A stretch of DNA of 55,279 nucleotides from a virus. Lineage: Duplodnaviria; Caudoviricetes. The notes beneath the pieces are model-generated. The model was not told where the DNA came from. It searched no databases and was given only the letters and a program-made list of their open reading frames with translations. Where the stretch lies: positions 1 through 55,279 of the IMG/VR virus record IMGVR_UViG_3300011013_000014, one strand, 5' to 3'. Within the stretch, counting starts at the first letter, position 1. Each line of letters opens with the position of its first letter. Below, in pieces: positions 20,127 through 29,209 of this stretch. The position numbers and the translations under genes are program-made.

Positions 20127-21094
20127 TGGACCCATATAAGGTGCTAGGAGTAGCTAGTAATGCTAGTGAGAAAGAAATAAAAAAGGCTTATAGAAAAAAG
20201 GCCCATAAATACCATCCTGATAAATCAAGTGGTGATGAGACCAAGTTTAAGGAAGTAAATGAGGCATATCAGAGAATTACCGAGCCCGAAAGGTTTGCTA
20301 ACGAAGGAGGCTTTGGCGGGCCCTCTCCAGATATTGACGACCTGTTTTCTAGCATGTTCGGATTTAGGGGCCGTGGCAGGGCTAGGCGCGGGCAGGATTA
20401 TCGCGTAAGCCTTAAGATCTCCTTCAAGGAGGCCTGCATGGGATGTAAGAAGACCGTAGAGTTCTCCGTTAGCGAGCCCTGCGAGCCCTGTGAGGGCATT
20501 GGAGCGAAAGCCGGAGACTACAAGCCATGTACGACATGTGGCGGCACGGGCAAGCTGAGGCAGCGTAGCGGATTCTTGCAGCTAGAGGTGCCATGTAATA
20601 CTTGTATGGGCAAGGGCTCCTCTATTATTAAGGCGTGTAGTGAGTGCAAAGGAAGTGGAAGCGTGAATACTCCTAAGAAACACGAGCTATCCATACCATC
20701 ACTGCGTGAAACTGGCAATGTTCTCAGAGTGCGCGGAGGCGGTGAGCCAGCCCATGCCCAAGGAATGCAGCCAGGAGACCTACTTGTTCAACTACATGTA
20801 GAAAACAAGCCAGGTTTTTCCAGGAGTGGCACAGATGTAGAAACGGAGCTAAAAATAACGCTCAAAGAAGCCCTATTGGGTACAGAAAAAGAAGTAGATA
20901 CAATTCATGGCGCTACTACAGTGAAGGTACCAGAGTGTACTAGGCCAAAGCAGAAATTAAGTTTAAATAACAAAGGGGCCAAGAATCCCCAAAATGATCA
21001 ACTGGGCCGGCATCTGCTAAGGATAAATATAGATTTTCCAGACGTACTTGATGATGACCAAAAAGAAATGATAGGGAAGGTTTTTAATGACTGA
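20126..21094 (+). CDS. dnaJ: DnaJ chaperone
   Basis: J-domain with HPD, G/F region, four CxxCxGxG repeats, C-terminal GDL domain. Confidence 0.93.
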   Translation: MDPYKVLGVASNASEKEIKKAYRKKAHKYHPDKSSGDETKFKEVNEAYQRITEPERFANEGGFGGPSPDIDDLFSSMFGFRGRGRARRGQDYRVSLKISFKEACMGCKKTVEFSVSEPCEPCEGIGAKAGDYKPCTTCGGTGKLRQRSGFLQLEVPCNTCMGKGSSIIKACSECKGSGSVNTPKKHELSIPSLRETGNVLRVRGGGEPAHAQGMQPGDLLVQLHVENKPGFSRSGTDVETELKITLKEALLGTEKEVDTIHGATTVKVPECTRPKQKLSLNNKGAKNPQNDQLGRHLLRINIDFPDVLDDDQKEMIGKVFND

Positions 21095-22241
21095 TACGGC
21101 AAGTATTTGGAAGGTTTTAAATAAAGAATATCAAGGAGATGCTTTCTTCCGAGGCAGCGACCCCCTTGTTTTTAACTGGGAAGTGATAGACTATCCCATG
21201 GCGTCTCTTGGAGATGCCTCTCACGTATGGGGACTGCCACTGGGCAAGATGTCTCAATACTACGGAAAAGAAGGCTGCGGAAAGACCTTTCTTGCCATGA
21301 TCATGGCAGCCCAGACGCAAAAGCAGTACCCAGACTCAGAGGTGTTGTGGATTACTGCAGAGACTAATTTTGATAAGCGGTGGGCTGCAAAAATAGGAAT
21401 AGATCTTGACCGTATTATTATTTCGCCTAAAAATGATGCAGCACAGATTTTTAATTTCTTATGTGGTAAGGTAAATGACAAGGGCAAGTTGCAGGTTCCC
21501 GGAGTTTTGCAGTTAGCAGCCGAAGGAAAACTAAATGTTAAGTTGATAGTTATCGATAGTATTGACCAGCTTATAGCGCCAAGTGAGAATACTAAGAATT
21601 TTGATTCCTCAAAGCAATTCAGCCCACTAGCAGGCTTCTTGCCCTTTGCTCTCAAGCGCACCAGGCCGCTTTTGGAGAAGTCCAAAGCAGCTATGCTATT
21701 TATTAACCAGGCCCGCGAAAAGATTGTTTCTTTTGGACCTGGCGGCATCACTTATGCCGGAGGCCGCGCCCTTAGGCACAATCTTGATTTTTCCATCAAG
21801 TTACACGCAAGTGCTGGTAAAGATGGAAAGCTAATGGAGGGTGATAAAAAAGTAGGGCACAAGATCTTAGCTACTGTTGAGAAATGCCGCGGAGGGCCTA
21901 ATGGGTGGCAAGCTGAGTTTTGGCTTAATTTTCACAAAGGGCATGTCAAGAGGGGTGAGGAGATTGCCAAGCTAGGAGCAGCCTATGATGTTGTAAAAAG
22001 ACCTAGTAATACAACGTGGGCCTACGAGGACGTATCCATGGTTGGCAAAGATAAGTTTTGGGGCTATTTGGACGAGAATGTAGGTGTTGCGGAAAATATC
22101 ATTAAAGAAATTAAGGAACGAAAAGCTAAGGGTGAAGATAGAGATAGCGCTGTTTTAGACAAGGATGATACTGAAGCAGTAGGACAGGTACAGGAAGTTA
22201 TGGAAACAGCTGATGAGCTAGATACAAAAGAGGAAAAATAA
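21087..22241 (+). CDS. recA: RecA/UvsX-like recombinase
   Basis: GLPLGK, Walker [15 protein letters not shown] Walker B, FINQARE, GGRALRH. Confidence 0.88.
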   Translation: MTDTASIWKVLNKEYQGDAFFRGSDPLVFNWEVIDYPMASLGDASHVWGLPLGKMSQYYGKEGCGKTFLAMIMAAQTQKQYPDSEVLWITAETNFDKRWAAKIGIDLDRIIISPKNDAAQIFNFLCGKVNDKGKLQVPGVLQLAAEGKLNVKLIVIDSIDQLIAPSENTKNFDSSKQFSPLAGFLPFALKRTRPLLEKSKAAMLFINQAREKIVSFGPGGITYAGGRALRHNLDFSIKLHASAGKDGKLMEGDKKVGHKILATVEKCRGGPNGWQAEFWLNFHKGHVKRGEEIAKLGAAYDVVKRPSNTTWAYEDVSMVGKDKFWGYLDENVGVAENIIKEIKERKAKGEDRDSAVLDKDDTEAVGQVQEVMETADELDTKEEK

Positions 22242-22600
22242 TGTTTATCGAATGCACAAACAAGGGCTGCTATGCTAGTGAAGAGCAGCTGTTAGACCCA
22301 GAAGAAAACGAAGTCTATTGCGTAGAATGCGGAGAAACTATCAACGTCCCTCCAACCACTAAAGCATTGCTAAAATCATTGGGGCAAATAAAAAAGGCAG
22401 TCAAGTCCGGCATACAGTATACATGCAAGTCATGTAACTTTACTGGAAAGCCACTACTTAAAAAGATGGCCGGCACTACGCATGCCGCTTATTGTAGAAA
22501 ATGTGACGCACAACTAGACGTGCACCCATCTTTCATTCAGGCTTTAAAGCTTATGAAAGAAGAGTACGGCGATGGAGATAAGGATGGAGGCTCCCTCTAA
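22241..22600 (+). CDS. double zinc-ribbon protein
   Basis: CTNKGC, CVEC, CKSC and CRKC. Confidence 0.7.
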   Translation: MFIECTNKGCYASEEQLLDPEENEVYCVECGETINVPPTTKALLKSLGQIKKAVKSGIQYTCKSCNFTGKPLLKKMAGTTHAAYCRKCDAQLDVHPSFIQALKLMKEEYGDGDKDGGSL

Positions 22601-23333
22601 GAAGGAGATACTAGCAAAAGTAATAGATTTTTGCCATGAGTATTTAATTCAAGACAAAGAGGTGTATGGCTACCTTAAAAAAGTAAGAAAGCTATCTGAT
22701 GAAACTATAAGTGAATTCAAATTAGGGGCCTTCCCACGTAATATATATCATGTAATAAGAGATATTGATCCCTGGGAGCTGCAATTAGCAGGGATCATGT
22801 GGAATGATCAAGAAACGGAAATGCTCACACCACGTTTCTTGCATAATCGGGTCATGATACCTATATATGATGTGCACCAACGCCCTATAAGCCTTATAGG
22901 GCGTTCCTTACTCACAGATGAGAAGAGAGCAGAGCTAGGAGTACATAAGTACACAAATACTAAGTTCTCAAAAGGTTCTTGTCTGTTTGGCCTAAATGCA
23001 GCTAAAGATCACATTAGACGAAAAAATGAGGCCATAGTAGTAGAAGGCAATTTTGATGTAATTACAGCGCATCAAAATGGATTGAAAAACGTAGTAGCAT
23101 CCTCAGGGTCCTGGTTTACCCCACATCAGTTTAATTTGTTATCCAGGTACACAAATAATATATCTATTTCTTTCGATAATGACAAAGAGGGGCAGAGGGC
23201 CGCAGAAAGAATATTAAAAAGAAACATTCCTAACGATGTAATTATCAAGCAGAAAGACATACCAGAGCCTTTTAAAGACCTAGATGAGTATTTCAAAGCA
23301 AAGGCCGCTTATGTAACTTATAATCGGAGCTAA
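22572..23333 (+). CDS. dnaG: DNA primase catalytic core (TOPRIM), lacking the zinc-binding domain
   Basis: YL..R.LS.E.I..F.LG, NRVMIPI, GR, KYTN, LFGL, VVEGNFD, FDND.EG, KDLDE. Confidence 0.88.
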   Translation: MEIRMEAPSKKEILAKVIDFCHEYLIQDKEVYGYLKKVRKLSDETISEFKLGAFPRNIYHVIRDIDPWELQLAGIMWNDQETEMLTPRFLHNRVMIPIYDVHQRPISLIGRSLLTDEKRAELGVHKYTNTKFSKGSCLFGLNAAKDHIRRKNEAIVVEGNFDVITAHQNGLKNVVASSGSWFTPHQFNLLSRYTNNISISFDNDKEGQRAAERILKRNIPNDVIIKQKDIPEPFKDLDEYFKAKAAYVTYNRS

Positions 23334-23402
23334 AAATGCCAACACTTCCTGACTCACTATCTGAAATCAACTGCTTTCATGCAGAAAGTTAGCGATTCGA
23401 AA

Positions 23403-23470
23403 GGGTTCAGGATTAGGCGGGTACCTCTTTTAGAGATCGCTTAATCCCGAACCCCCCCCCTTTTTTTTTT
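23403..23470 (+). terminator. long hairpin with C9/T10 tail, probable end of the replication operon
   Basis: GGGTTC-A-GGATTAGGCG...CGCTTAATCC-C-GAACCC followed by C and T homopolymers. Confidence 0.7.
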
Positions 23471-23544
23471 GTTTTTAAAGCAGGGAATTAATTTCCTGCC
23501 TTGTTGTTGAAAGGCCGTAAGTTTTTGTAAAAACGAGGTGACTT

Positions 23545-23976
23545 ATCGCCAAAAGTGACGTAGTACAGTTTAGGTATCGAGAAATATCTGTAGAGCCGTC
23601 TATAGTTAATAATTTTTCTATGCAGGATCAAATGCACCATACAGGGTTTAAACAGTCTGATGAGTTGCTAGATATGATGCAAGATTTGTCGGATAAGGTT
23701 AGAGAAATAATCGCCGGAAGGCTAACGATGCGGCAAAAACAGGTTATACAGAAGATTTTCTTTGAAGAACTTACGCAAACGGAAGTAGCATCCGAGCTTG
23801 GACTATGCCAGCCGACTATACATAAGATTTTGAAGGGCAACATTGATTACCAGAATGGAGGAAAGCGCTATGGTGGAGCATTAAAGAAGATTAAAAAAAT
23901 ATGCGACAATGACCCAGAAGTACAAAAGATATTATTTGATATAAATGAGCTCAAGAGAACATTAGAGATTGACTAA
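23545..23976 (+). CDS. sigma-70 region-4-like HTH protein (candidate late regulator), probable ATC start
   Basis: LTMRQKQVI...EELTQTEVASELGLCQPTIHK HTH; SD GAGGTG 4 nt before in-frame ATC at 23545; first ATG (23620) has no SD. Confidence 0.7.
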   Translation: MAKSDVVQFRYREISVEPSIVNNFSMQDQMHHTGFKQSDELLDMMQDLSDKVREIIAGRLTMRQKQVIQKIFFEELTQTEVASELGLCQPTIHKILKGNIDYQNGGKRYGGALKKIKKICDNDPEVQKILFDINELKRTLEID

Positions 23977-23978
23977 CC

Positions 23979-24950
23979 GTGGTGCGCCAGCTCCACATAG
24001 AAAGAAAAGAAATGCAAGAAGGATATAGATCTCAAAAGAACGATATGATCGGGCACATTTTTAATGAATGGACAGTAATGTCTTTTTCCCATGTTAAAAA
24101 CAAAAATGCTGCTTACTTCAACTGTAGGTGCTCTTGTGGCGAAGAAAAAGAAGTTCGCGGGGACCTGCTTCGCAATGGCAATTCAAAAGGTTGTAAAAAA
24201 TGCTCCCATGTGCGCAAGGCTAATGAGCATATGGGTAAAAAATTCGGTCACCTCACTGTTTCTAAAATTGATCCAGTCAAGACAGAAAAGTGGAAGCAGA
24301 TTTATGTTTGGGCCACCTGTGATTGCGGAAAAGAGACATCCACGAGCTTGAGTCGTCTCACCACGGGGAAGACTGGCACCTGTAGTAAGAGGTGCAGTAC
24401 TTTTTATGACTTACAAAAATACATAGGCCAAAAAATCGTTAGATTGACGGTAGATGATGTCTTTTATAAAGAGCCTAGAAATAGGCACTATTTTAAATGC
24501 AGCTGTAGTTGTGGAAATAACAAGGACGTACTGTTTAAAGATGTTATTGCTGGACGCACTACCAGTTGCGGTTGCGTAGCTAAAGAATATGCGGCATCAA
24601 TCACTGGTGATAACAATCCTAATTGGAAAGACGGTGCGACTCCCGAGCTTTTGCTAGCTCGTGCTTCCAAGGAGTATAGTAGCTGGCGCGGTGCGGTTCT
24701 AGATAGGGACGGGCACCACTGTCAGAAGCATGGTTGCAAAAATAATACCAATTTGTGCGCTCACCACATAGAGGGTTTTGCCAGCAATCCTAATTTGCGT
24801 TATGATATTGATAATGGGATTACTCTTTGCGACAAGCACCACCGCCGTTTTCATGTTGAGTTTGGCATTACTAAATTCACCTCTTCTAATTTGAAAGGCT
24901 TTATAGCGCAAGTAACTAATGATTCTATCAATATTCAACCTAATACTTGA
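23979..24950 (+). CDS. HNH homing endonuclease with three Cys-rich N-terminal repeats
   Basis: Three G..F..[WL]TV...C.CG repeats, GDNNPNWKDG, then CQ..GC...AHHI...NGITLC..HH..FH. Confidence 0.85.
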   Translation: MVRQLHIERKEMQEGYRSQKNDMIGHIFNEWTVMSFSHVKNKNAAYFNCRCSCGEEKEVRGDLLRNGNSKGCKKCSHVRKANEHMGKKFGHLTVSKIDPVKTEKWKQIYVWATCDCGKETSTSLSRLTTGKTGTCSKRCSTFYDLQKYIGQKIVRLTVDDVFYKEPRNRHYFKCSCSCGNNKDVLFKDVIAGRTTSCGCVAKEYAASITGDNNPNWKDGATPELLLARASKEYSSWRGAVLDRDGHHCQKHGCKNNTNLCAHHIEGFASNPNLRYDIDNGITLCDKHHRRFHVEFGITKFTSSNLKGFIAQVTNDSINIQPNT

Positions 24951-24982
24951 TACTAGATCTATCCGCCATATGGAGGCATAAT

Positions 24983-25450
24983 ATGTCAAATGATTTGGAT
25001 TGGCAAAGTTTAAATGGGGAATTAAATCCCACTACTAGCCGTTACCGGTTTGCAGACGTCAGTCACCTTTTCAAGAAGGTAGCCTTTGATGTTTATAAGC
25101 CACTAAATGAATCCGAGCAACTTTGGGTATTGGAAGAAGATGACAGCGGTGTTAGTTATATCGCTGCTTTATACGATGATCCAGACGACATTACAGTTGA
25201 GTCTAATAAAGATCAGATATGGAGTGCAGCTAGCGACAAAGACGGTAAAAACGTCACTTTGAGCTATAAGAACATGCCCATAACTAGGTTTGCCTCAGCG
25301 GAGTATGGGTTTGAGCCCGATGAAGCCATTGAATTCGCAACGTTTTTAGAAGCAAAGGCTACAAATAATTCTTTTGTAAAGAAACTGATGGTAGAGCTAC
25401 CTGAAGCTAAGAGGGAATTACTGACTGATTTACTTGGTCAGAATAACTGA
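24983..25450 (+). CDS. hypothetical protein, first gene of the late/head region
   Basis: SD GGAGG before ATG at 24983. Confidence 0.75.
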   Translation: MSNDLDWQSLNGELNPTTSRYRFADVSHLFKKVAFDVYKPLNESEQLWVLEEDDSGVSYIAALYDDPDDITVESNKDQIWSAASDKDGKNVTLSYKNMPITRFASAEYGFEPDEAIEFATFLEAKATNNSFVKKLMVELPEAKRELLTDLLGQNN

Positions 25451-25462
25451 GGGATTTAAAAT

Positions 25463-27013
25463 ATGACACATACAATCGATGTGAGTAAACTTGCTCGTGA
25501 GGCTGCAGAGCTTTTAAGCGGCCGTGAGTATTTTGTAAGCACAGTATTAGAGCGTGTTCGCCAAGCTGCTAACAAATACCCTCATGACGGCGCTATTAGG
25601 ACAGCTCAGAATGTCTTAGAGGGCCGCGTGGCCAAGCAGGGGTCCCTGGCAACGATCAGTCAGAATGATTTTAGCGAGATCTACCGTGAGGTTAGCGGAC
25701 TGGGCCTTGCTACTAATTTCCGTGAAACTCTAGGTGACTTGCTCATAGATGCTGCGCCAGAGCGCGACGCTCATTACAATGAGGATTTCGCTAGCTCTCT
25801 TCGTAGCAGTGGCACTGAGCTCGATATAAGCGATCCTGACATGGTAGAATCTCTTGCTGGCTTGTTCGGCGAGCCTTCTAATGTGGCTAAAGGGTCATTT
25901 GTTGATAATGGCCGCAAAGGCGTTGAATTAGAGCTGTCCTCCCTGGGGTTTTCCAATCCGTCTGTTGAGATTGCAGCCAGAAATGATAAATTTGTTGTTT
26001 ACGCAGCAGCAATTGAGTCTACTGGAGGGCGTTTTGCGGCCTTGATTCCGGCAGAGGTAAAACTGGGCACTGTGTTAATGCCCAGCGTGTTTGTCTCTGG
26101 CAGTGAATTTGTGGATTTCAATAAAAGCAATTTAATGGCCCATGCACAAATGATTTCGCAAGGCATGCGAAATGCTGAGCCGGCAAAGGTATTGTCCGCA
26201 TTAACCGCTAATGCTGTCAGTAAAGAATCTTTTGAGAGCGTCACAGCTGATATGAGTGATGACATAGCTCTCAATTCCCCTGGGCTGTATCAAAGTGATA
26301 TTGAGCCAGTACGCCAAGACATGCTTGAGCTTGAAGTTCCAAATCCCGAAGTTCCTGAGGCTTTGGCGCATTTAACCGAATCCATGGTTCGCGAGGCATT
26401 GGTCGAATCAGGTCTCTCTTATAATACGGAATTAATTACCAATGCCAAGGCCCTAGTATCTAGTGAGCTTCGCAGCATGGGCATTCCTTGTAATAAGGTA
26501 ACGGTAGCTTCTGAGTTTGATGGCGGCATTTGTATTGCTGCTAATTTGACCGGCCCAGGTGGTGTAAAAACCATTGAGGTGCCAGTAGAGGTTGTAAACG
26601 GTCGCATTTTAATGCCGAGCGTATTTACCTCGGGAGTAGTAGCCAAGCCCTTTGATGTATCTAGTCTGAAATCTTTTGCTAGTGATGATAATGGTGGTAA
26701 GTTTAGCGCTATCTACTCTGATAAATACGGCATGAGTTTTCCTGACTTGCATGACTTGACCCTTAAAAGCGCATCTTACGGCAATTTTGTAGACGTAGAA
26801 GAGTGTTTGGCAGTTATTTCTGAGAATTATGGCGACCAGCTACACAAGGTTGCATTTGATGATCTAATGGGCTTGCTCGCTCTTGGCTTTAATGACTCCG
26901 AAGAGTCTGATGGCATGGATAAATATATGAAAGAGGCCATTGATAAGGCTCAGTACGAAGAAGCCAGTATCAAAATGAGCAGTAATCTAATGTATCTTCT
27001 TCCAGAAGACTGA
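25463..27013 (+). CDS. hypothetical probable virion protein with a duplicated ~80-aa domain
   Basis: Two copies of EL.S.G...V......P.EV..G..LMPSVF.SG....F....L. Confidence 0.75.
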   Translation: MTHTIDVSKLAREAAELLSGREYFVSTVLERVRQAANKYPHDGAIRTAQNVLEGRVAKQGSLATISQNDFSEIYREVSGLGLATNFRETLGDLLIDAAPERDAHYNEDFASSLRSSGTELDISDPDMVESLAGLFGEPSNVAKGSFVDNGRKGVELELSSLGFSNPSVEIAARNDKFVVYAAAIESTGGRFAALIPAEVKLGTVLMPSVFVSGSEFVDFNKSNLMAHAQMISQGMRNAEPAKVLSALTANAVSKESFESVTADMSDDIALNSPGLYQSDIEPVRQDMLELEVPNPEVPEALAHLTESMVREALVESGLSYNTELITNAKALVSSELRSMGIPCNKVTVASEFDGGICIAANLTGPGGVKTIEVPVEVVNGRILMPSVFTSGVVAKPFDVSSLKSFASDDNGGKFSAIYSDKYGMSFPDLHDLTLKSASYGNFVDVEECLAVISENYGDQLHKVAFDDLMGLLALGFNDSEESDGMDKYMKEAIDKAQYEEASIKMSSNLMYLLPED

Positions 27014-27022
27014 GGTTTATGA

Positions 27023-27907
27023 ATGCTACTTACTTATTTAGCGAAAACAGCAAATTTACTAGACAGTGTTGGCACCGAACAGTCTACCCAGGCTGCGGAG
27101 GGCATAGATGCCGTATTGGCGAGCTTACACAAACAAGCTACTGATCCAGTTCTATCTTTTTATAAAGAATTAAACGAGTTGGAAAGCAAAATAGCTGCTG
27201 TGGCAGCAGCTGCAGATCAGTCAGGAGTTAAAGATTATATAGACGGCTTCGACGATTTGTTTGGCTCTGTTGGCCAAGCGGTAGCCTCCTTGGCTGACCG
27301 CATGCGTGGAGATGAAGGCCTCGATATAGCAGGGCGCTTGGATGCCCAGCATCCTTCTGTTGGAGATGACAGAGAGAACACAAGAGGAGAGCCCCTAGTT
27401 CCTTCTCCAATTGATTTAGGACAAGAGGGCGTATTAGCATCCGAAGTATTTAATCGATTAAGCAAGGTTGCAGACATTATTGATGAGGACGGCTCAGTAG
27501 AGGCTGCTAATATTATTGATGGAATCACTAAAGAGGCAATGGACTTGCCTAGCTATCCTAGTAGGATGGAGACTAGGGAGCCACTTTATAATGCTAAAAA
27601 GCGTAATGAAGAAAATATGTTCGAAGTAGTTAAGCGCGAGGTTACTGAAAACCGGCAAAAGCATCATCTAAGGACCATGCAGGACCACGCAGAGAGCTTG
27701 AGCACTCGTTATTCTCCTGAATTGCCCGGCGTGCAAGTGCTGCATGTTGCGGACGGTGTTTACCAGGATGCTCTTACTAAGAAGATTTATGATTTTAATC
27801 AAGGATGGTCTGGTACGGATGGCCAAAAATACCCAGGCGGTTCGGTCAAAAATCAGACCCCGGCCTTGACCCAATATTACTCCCCTTCGCGCCTGTTTGA
27901 TATTTAA
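27023..27907 (+). CDS. hypothetical probable head protein with several copies of the LA[ND]xLD module
   Basis: LAKTANLLDSVG...AEGID and LSKVADIIDEDG...ANIID, followed by KQA and KEA; LSTRYSPELPG domain. Confidence 0.75.
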   Translation: MLLTYLAKTANLLDSVGTEQSTQAAEGIDAVLASLHKQATDPVLSFYKELNELESKIAAVAAAADQSGVKDYIDGFDDLFGSVGQAVASLADRMRGDEGLDIAGRLDAQHPSVGDDRENTRGEPLVPSPIDLGQEGVLASEVFNRLSKVADIIDEDGSVEAANIIDGITKEAMDLPSYPSRMETREPLYNAKKRNEENMFEVVKREVTENRQKHHLRTMQDHAESLSTRYSPELPGVQVLHVADGVYQDALTKKIYDFNQGWSGTDGQKYPGGSVKNQTPALTQYYSPSRLFDI

Positions 27908-27926
27908 AATACGGCAGAGGGAGTGC

Positions 27927-27968
27927 TGGGGTTTTCTACTTGATTAGCAAGTAGGAGCCCCATTTTTT
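27927..27968 (+). terminator. intrinsic terminator
   Basis: TGGGGTTTTCTACTTG...CAAGTAGGAGCCCCA stem with G-U pairs, followed by T6. Confidence 0.7.
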
Positions 27969-27985
27969 ATTTAAGGAGACTTGGT

Positions 27986-28501
27986 ATGGATTTGGATTAT
28001 TTAGGAATGCGCAGGATACATAGGCTTACTCGTTTGGCAGGCGCCACAAAGGGAATGGCTTCAAAATTAGTTCCCTTGCTTGCATGTACTAGAGCGCTTG
28101 CTGTAGTTGCTCAGAGCTACCATTGGCGTACAGAGGGCGAGAGTTACTATTCTGATCATCTTTTATTTGAGCGCATTTATGGCGCAGCGAATGACATGAT
28201 TGATGGCCTTGCTGAGAAAATAGTAGGACTATGCGGGGACGGATCTTTAGTGGAAATTAATTTACAAACTAAATTAATCTCTGAGTTGGTAGAGAGTCAC
28301 TCTCCTCCTGACACGAAGTCAGAAGCATTTCCCGCCTCCCTATTAGCCTTTACAGAGCATAGTATTGATTGTATAAAGAAAGTGTTAGAAGAACTAAAAG
28401 GGTCGGATTCATTATCTGACGGTCTTGAAGACATGCTTCAAGGCATTGCTAGTAAGCACGAAGAGCATGTTTATTTACTGCAGCGCCGAATAGGAGAGTA
28501 A
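27986..28501 (+). CDS. dps: Dps/ferritin-like protein
   Basis: YHWRTEG..YYSDHLLFERIY...IDGLAEKI ferroxidase motif; C-terminal HEEHVYLL; SD AAGGAG. Confidence 0.8.
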   Translation: MDLDYLGMRRIHRLTRLAGATKGMASKLVPLLACTRALAVVAQSYHWRTEGESYYSDHLLFERIYGAANDMIDGLAEKIVGLCGDGSLVEINLQTKLISELVESHSPPDTKSEAFPASLLAFTEHSIDCIKKVLEELKGSDSLSDGLEDMLQGIASKHEEHVYLLQRRIGE

Positions 28502-28504
28502 TAG

Positions 28505-29209
28505 TTGGCACCTCAAAATAAAATCATAAATCACCCTTGTAGGGACGAAATCACAAGGAAGCTTACCAGCGGAGAGTCTGTAAGGGATATTTCTGCCTGG
28601 TTGGCTGATAAGTACCCGGCGACAACCCAGAGACATTTGCGCATTAGCCCCAGTAGCATCCAGCAGTTCAAACGAGATCATCTTAATTTGACGGGGCAGG
28701 TTTTAAAAGATATTAAGGACGCGTCTCGTCAGACTAAAGCTATTATAAAGGAAGAAGTTACCAAGGATATGGTGAGGCAAAGCACTGCGTACCAAGAAGC
28801 TATACAGGCTATAGCGGAAGAAAAGCTAGATGTTCAGCGTGAGCTAGTCGAAGTAGTACATATTTTGAAAGCAAAAATAGAGTATTTCTATAACAAATTA
28901 GAAATGCAGGATTTTAGCGAAAAACAAGAGAAAGCTTTTCAGAAATATTTAGATCAAATGATGCATTCTCTTGAGGCTTATAAGAAATATGTTGAAGGGC
29001 ATACGGAAACTACCGAACACAATATAAATGTTAATATCGTTACTGATCAAGTTGGTCTTATTCGTGAATCAGTTAGGGAGATACTTTTAGATATGGAGCC
29101 AGACATGGCAGTGTCCTTTATGGGCAAACTCAATGGAAAAATGAGGAATCTGTCTTATAACTCCGAAATGCACAGTCAGTTATACGATGATGGTATTACT
29201 AATGTCTGA
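28505..29209 (+). CDS. hypothetical protein with N-terminal HTH-like region (small terminase candidate)
   Basis: HPCRDEI..KL.SGES.RDIS.WL HTH-like start followed by helical body; the function is a guess from context. Confidence 0.5.
   Translation: MAPQNKIINHPCRDEITRKLTSGESVRDISAWLADKYPATTQRHLRISPSSIQQFKRDHLNLTGQVLKDIKDASRQTKAIIKEEVTKDMVRQSTAYQEAIQAIAEEKLDVQRELVEVVHILKAKIEYFYNKLEMQDFSEKQEKAFQKYLDQMMHSLEAYKKYVEGHTETTEHNINVNIVTDQVGLIRESVREILLDMEPDMAVSFMGKLNGKMRNLSYNSEMHSQLYDDGITNV

Noticed and set aside
23334-23544. tRNA or known riboswitch in the long intergenic region
   Set aside because: An ATTCGAA resembles a T-loop but I could not build a cloverleaf or recognise an aptamer; a tRNAscan/Rfam run would settle it
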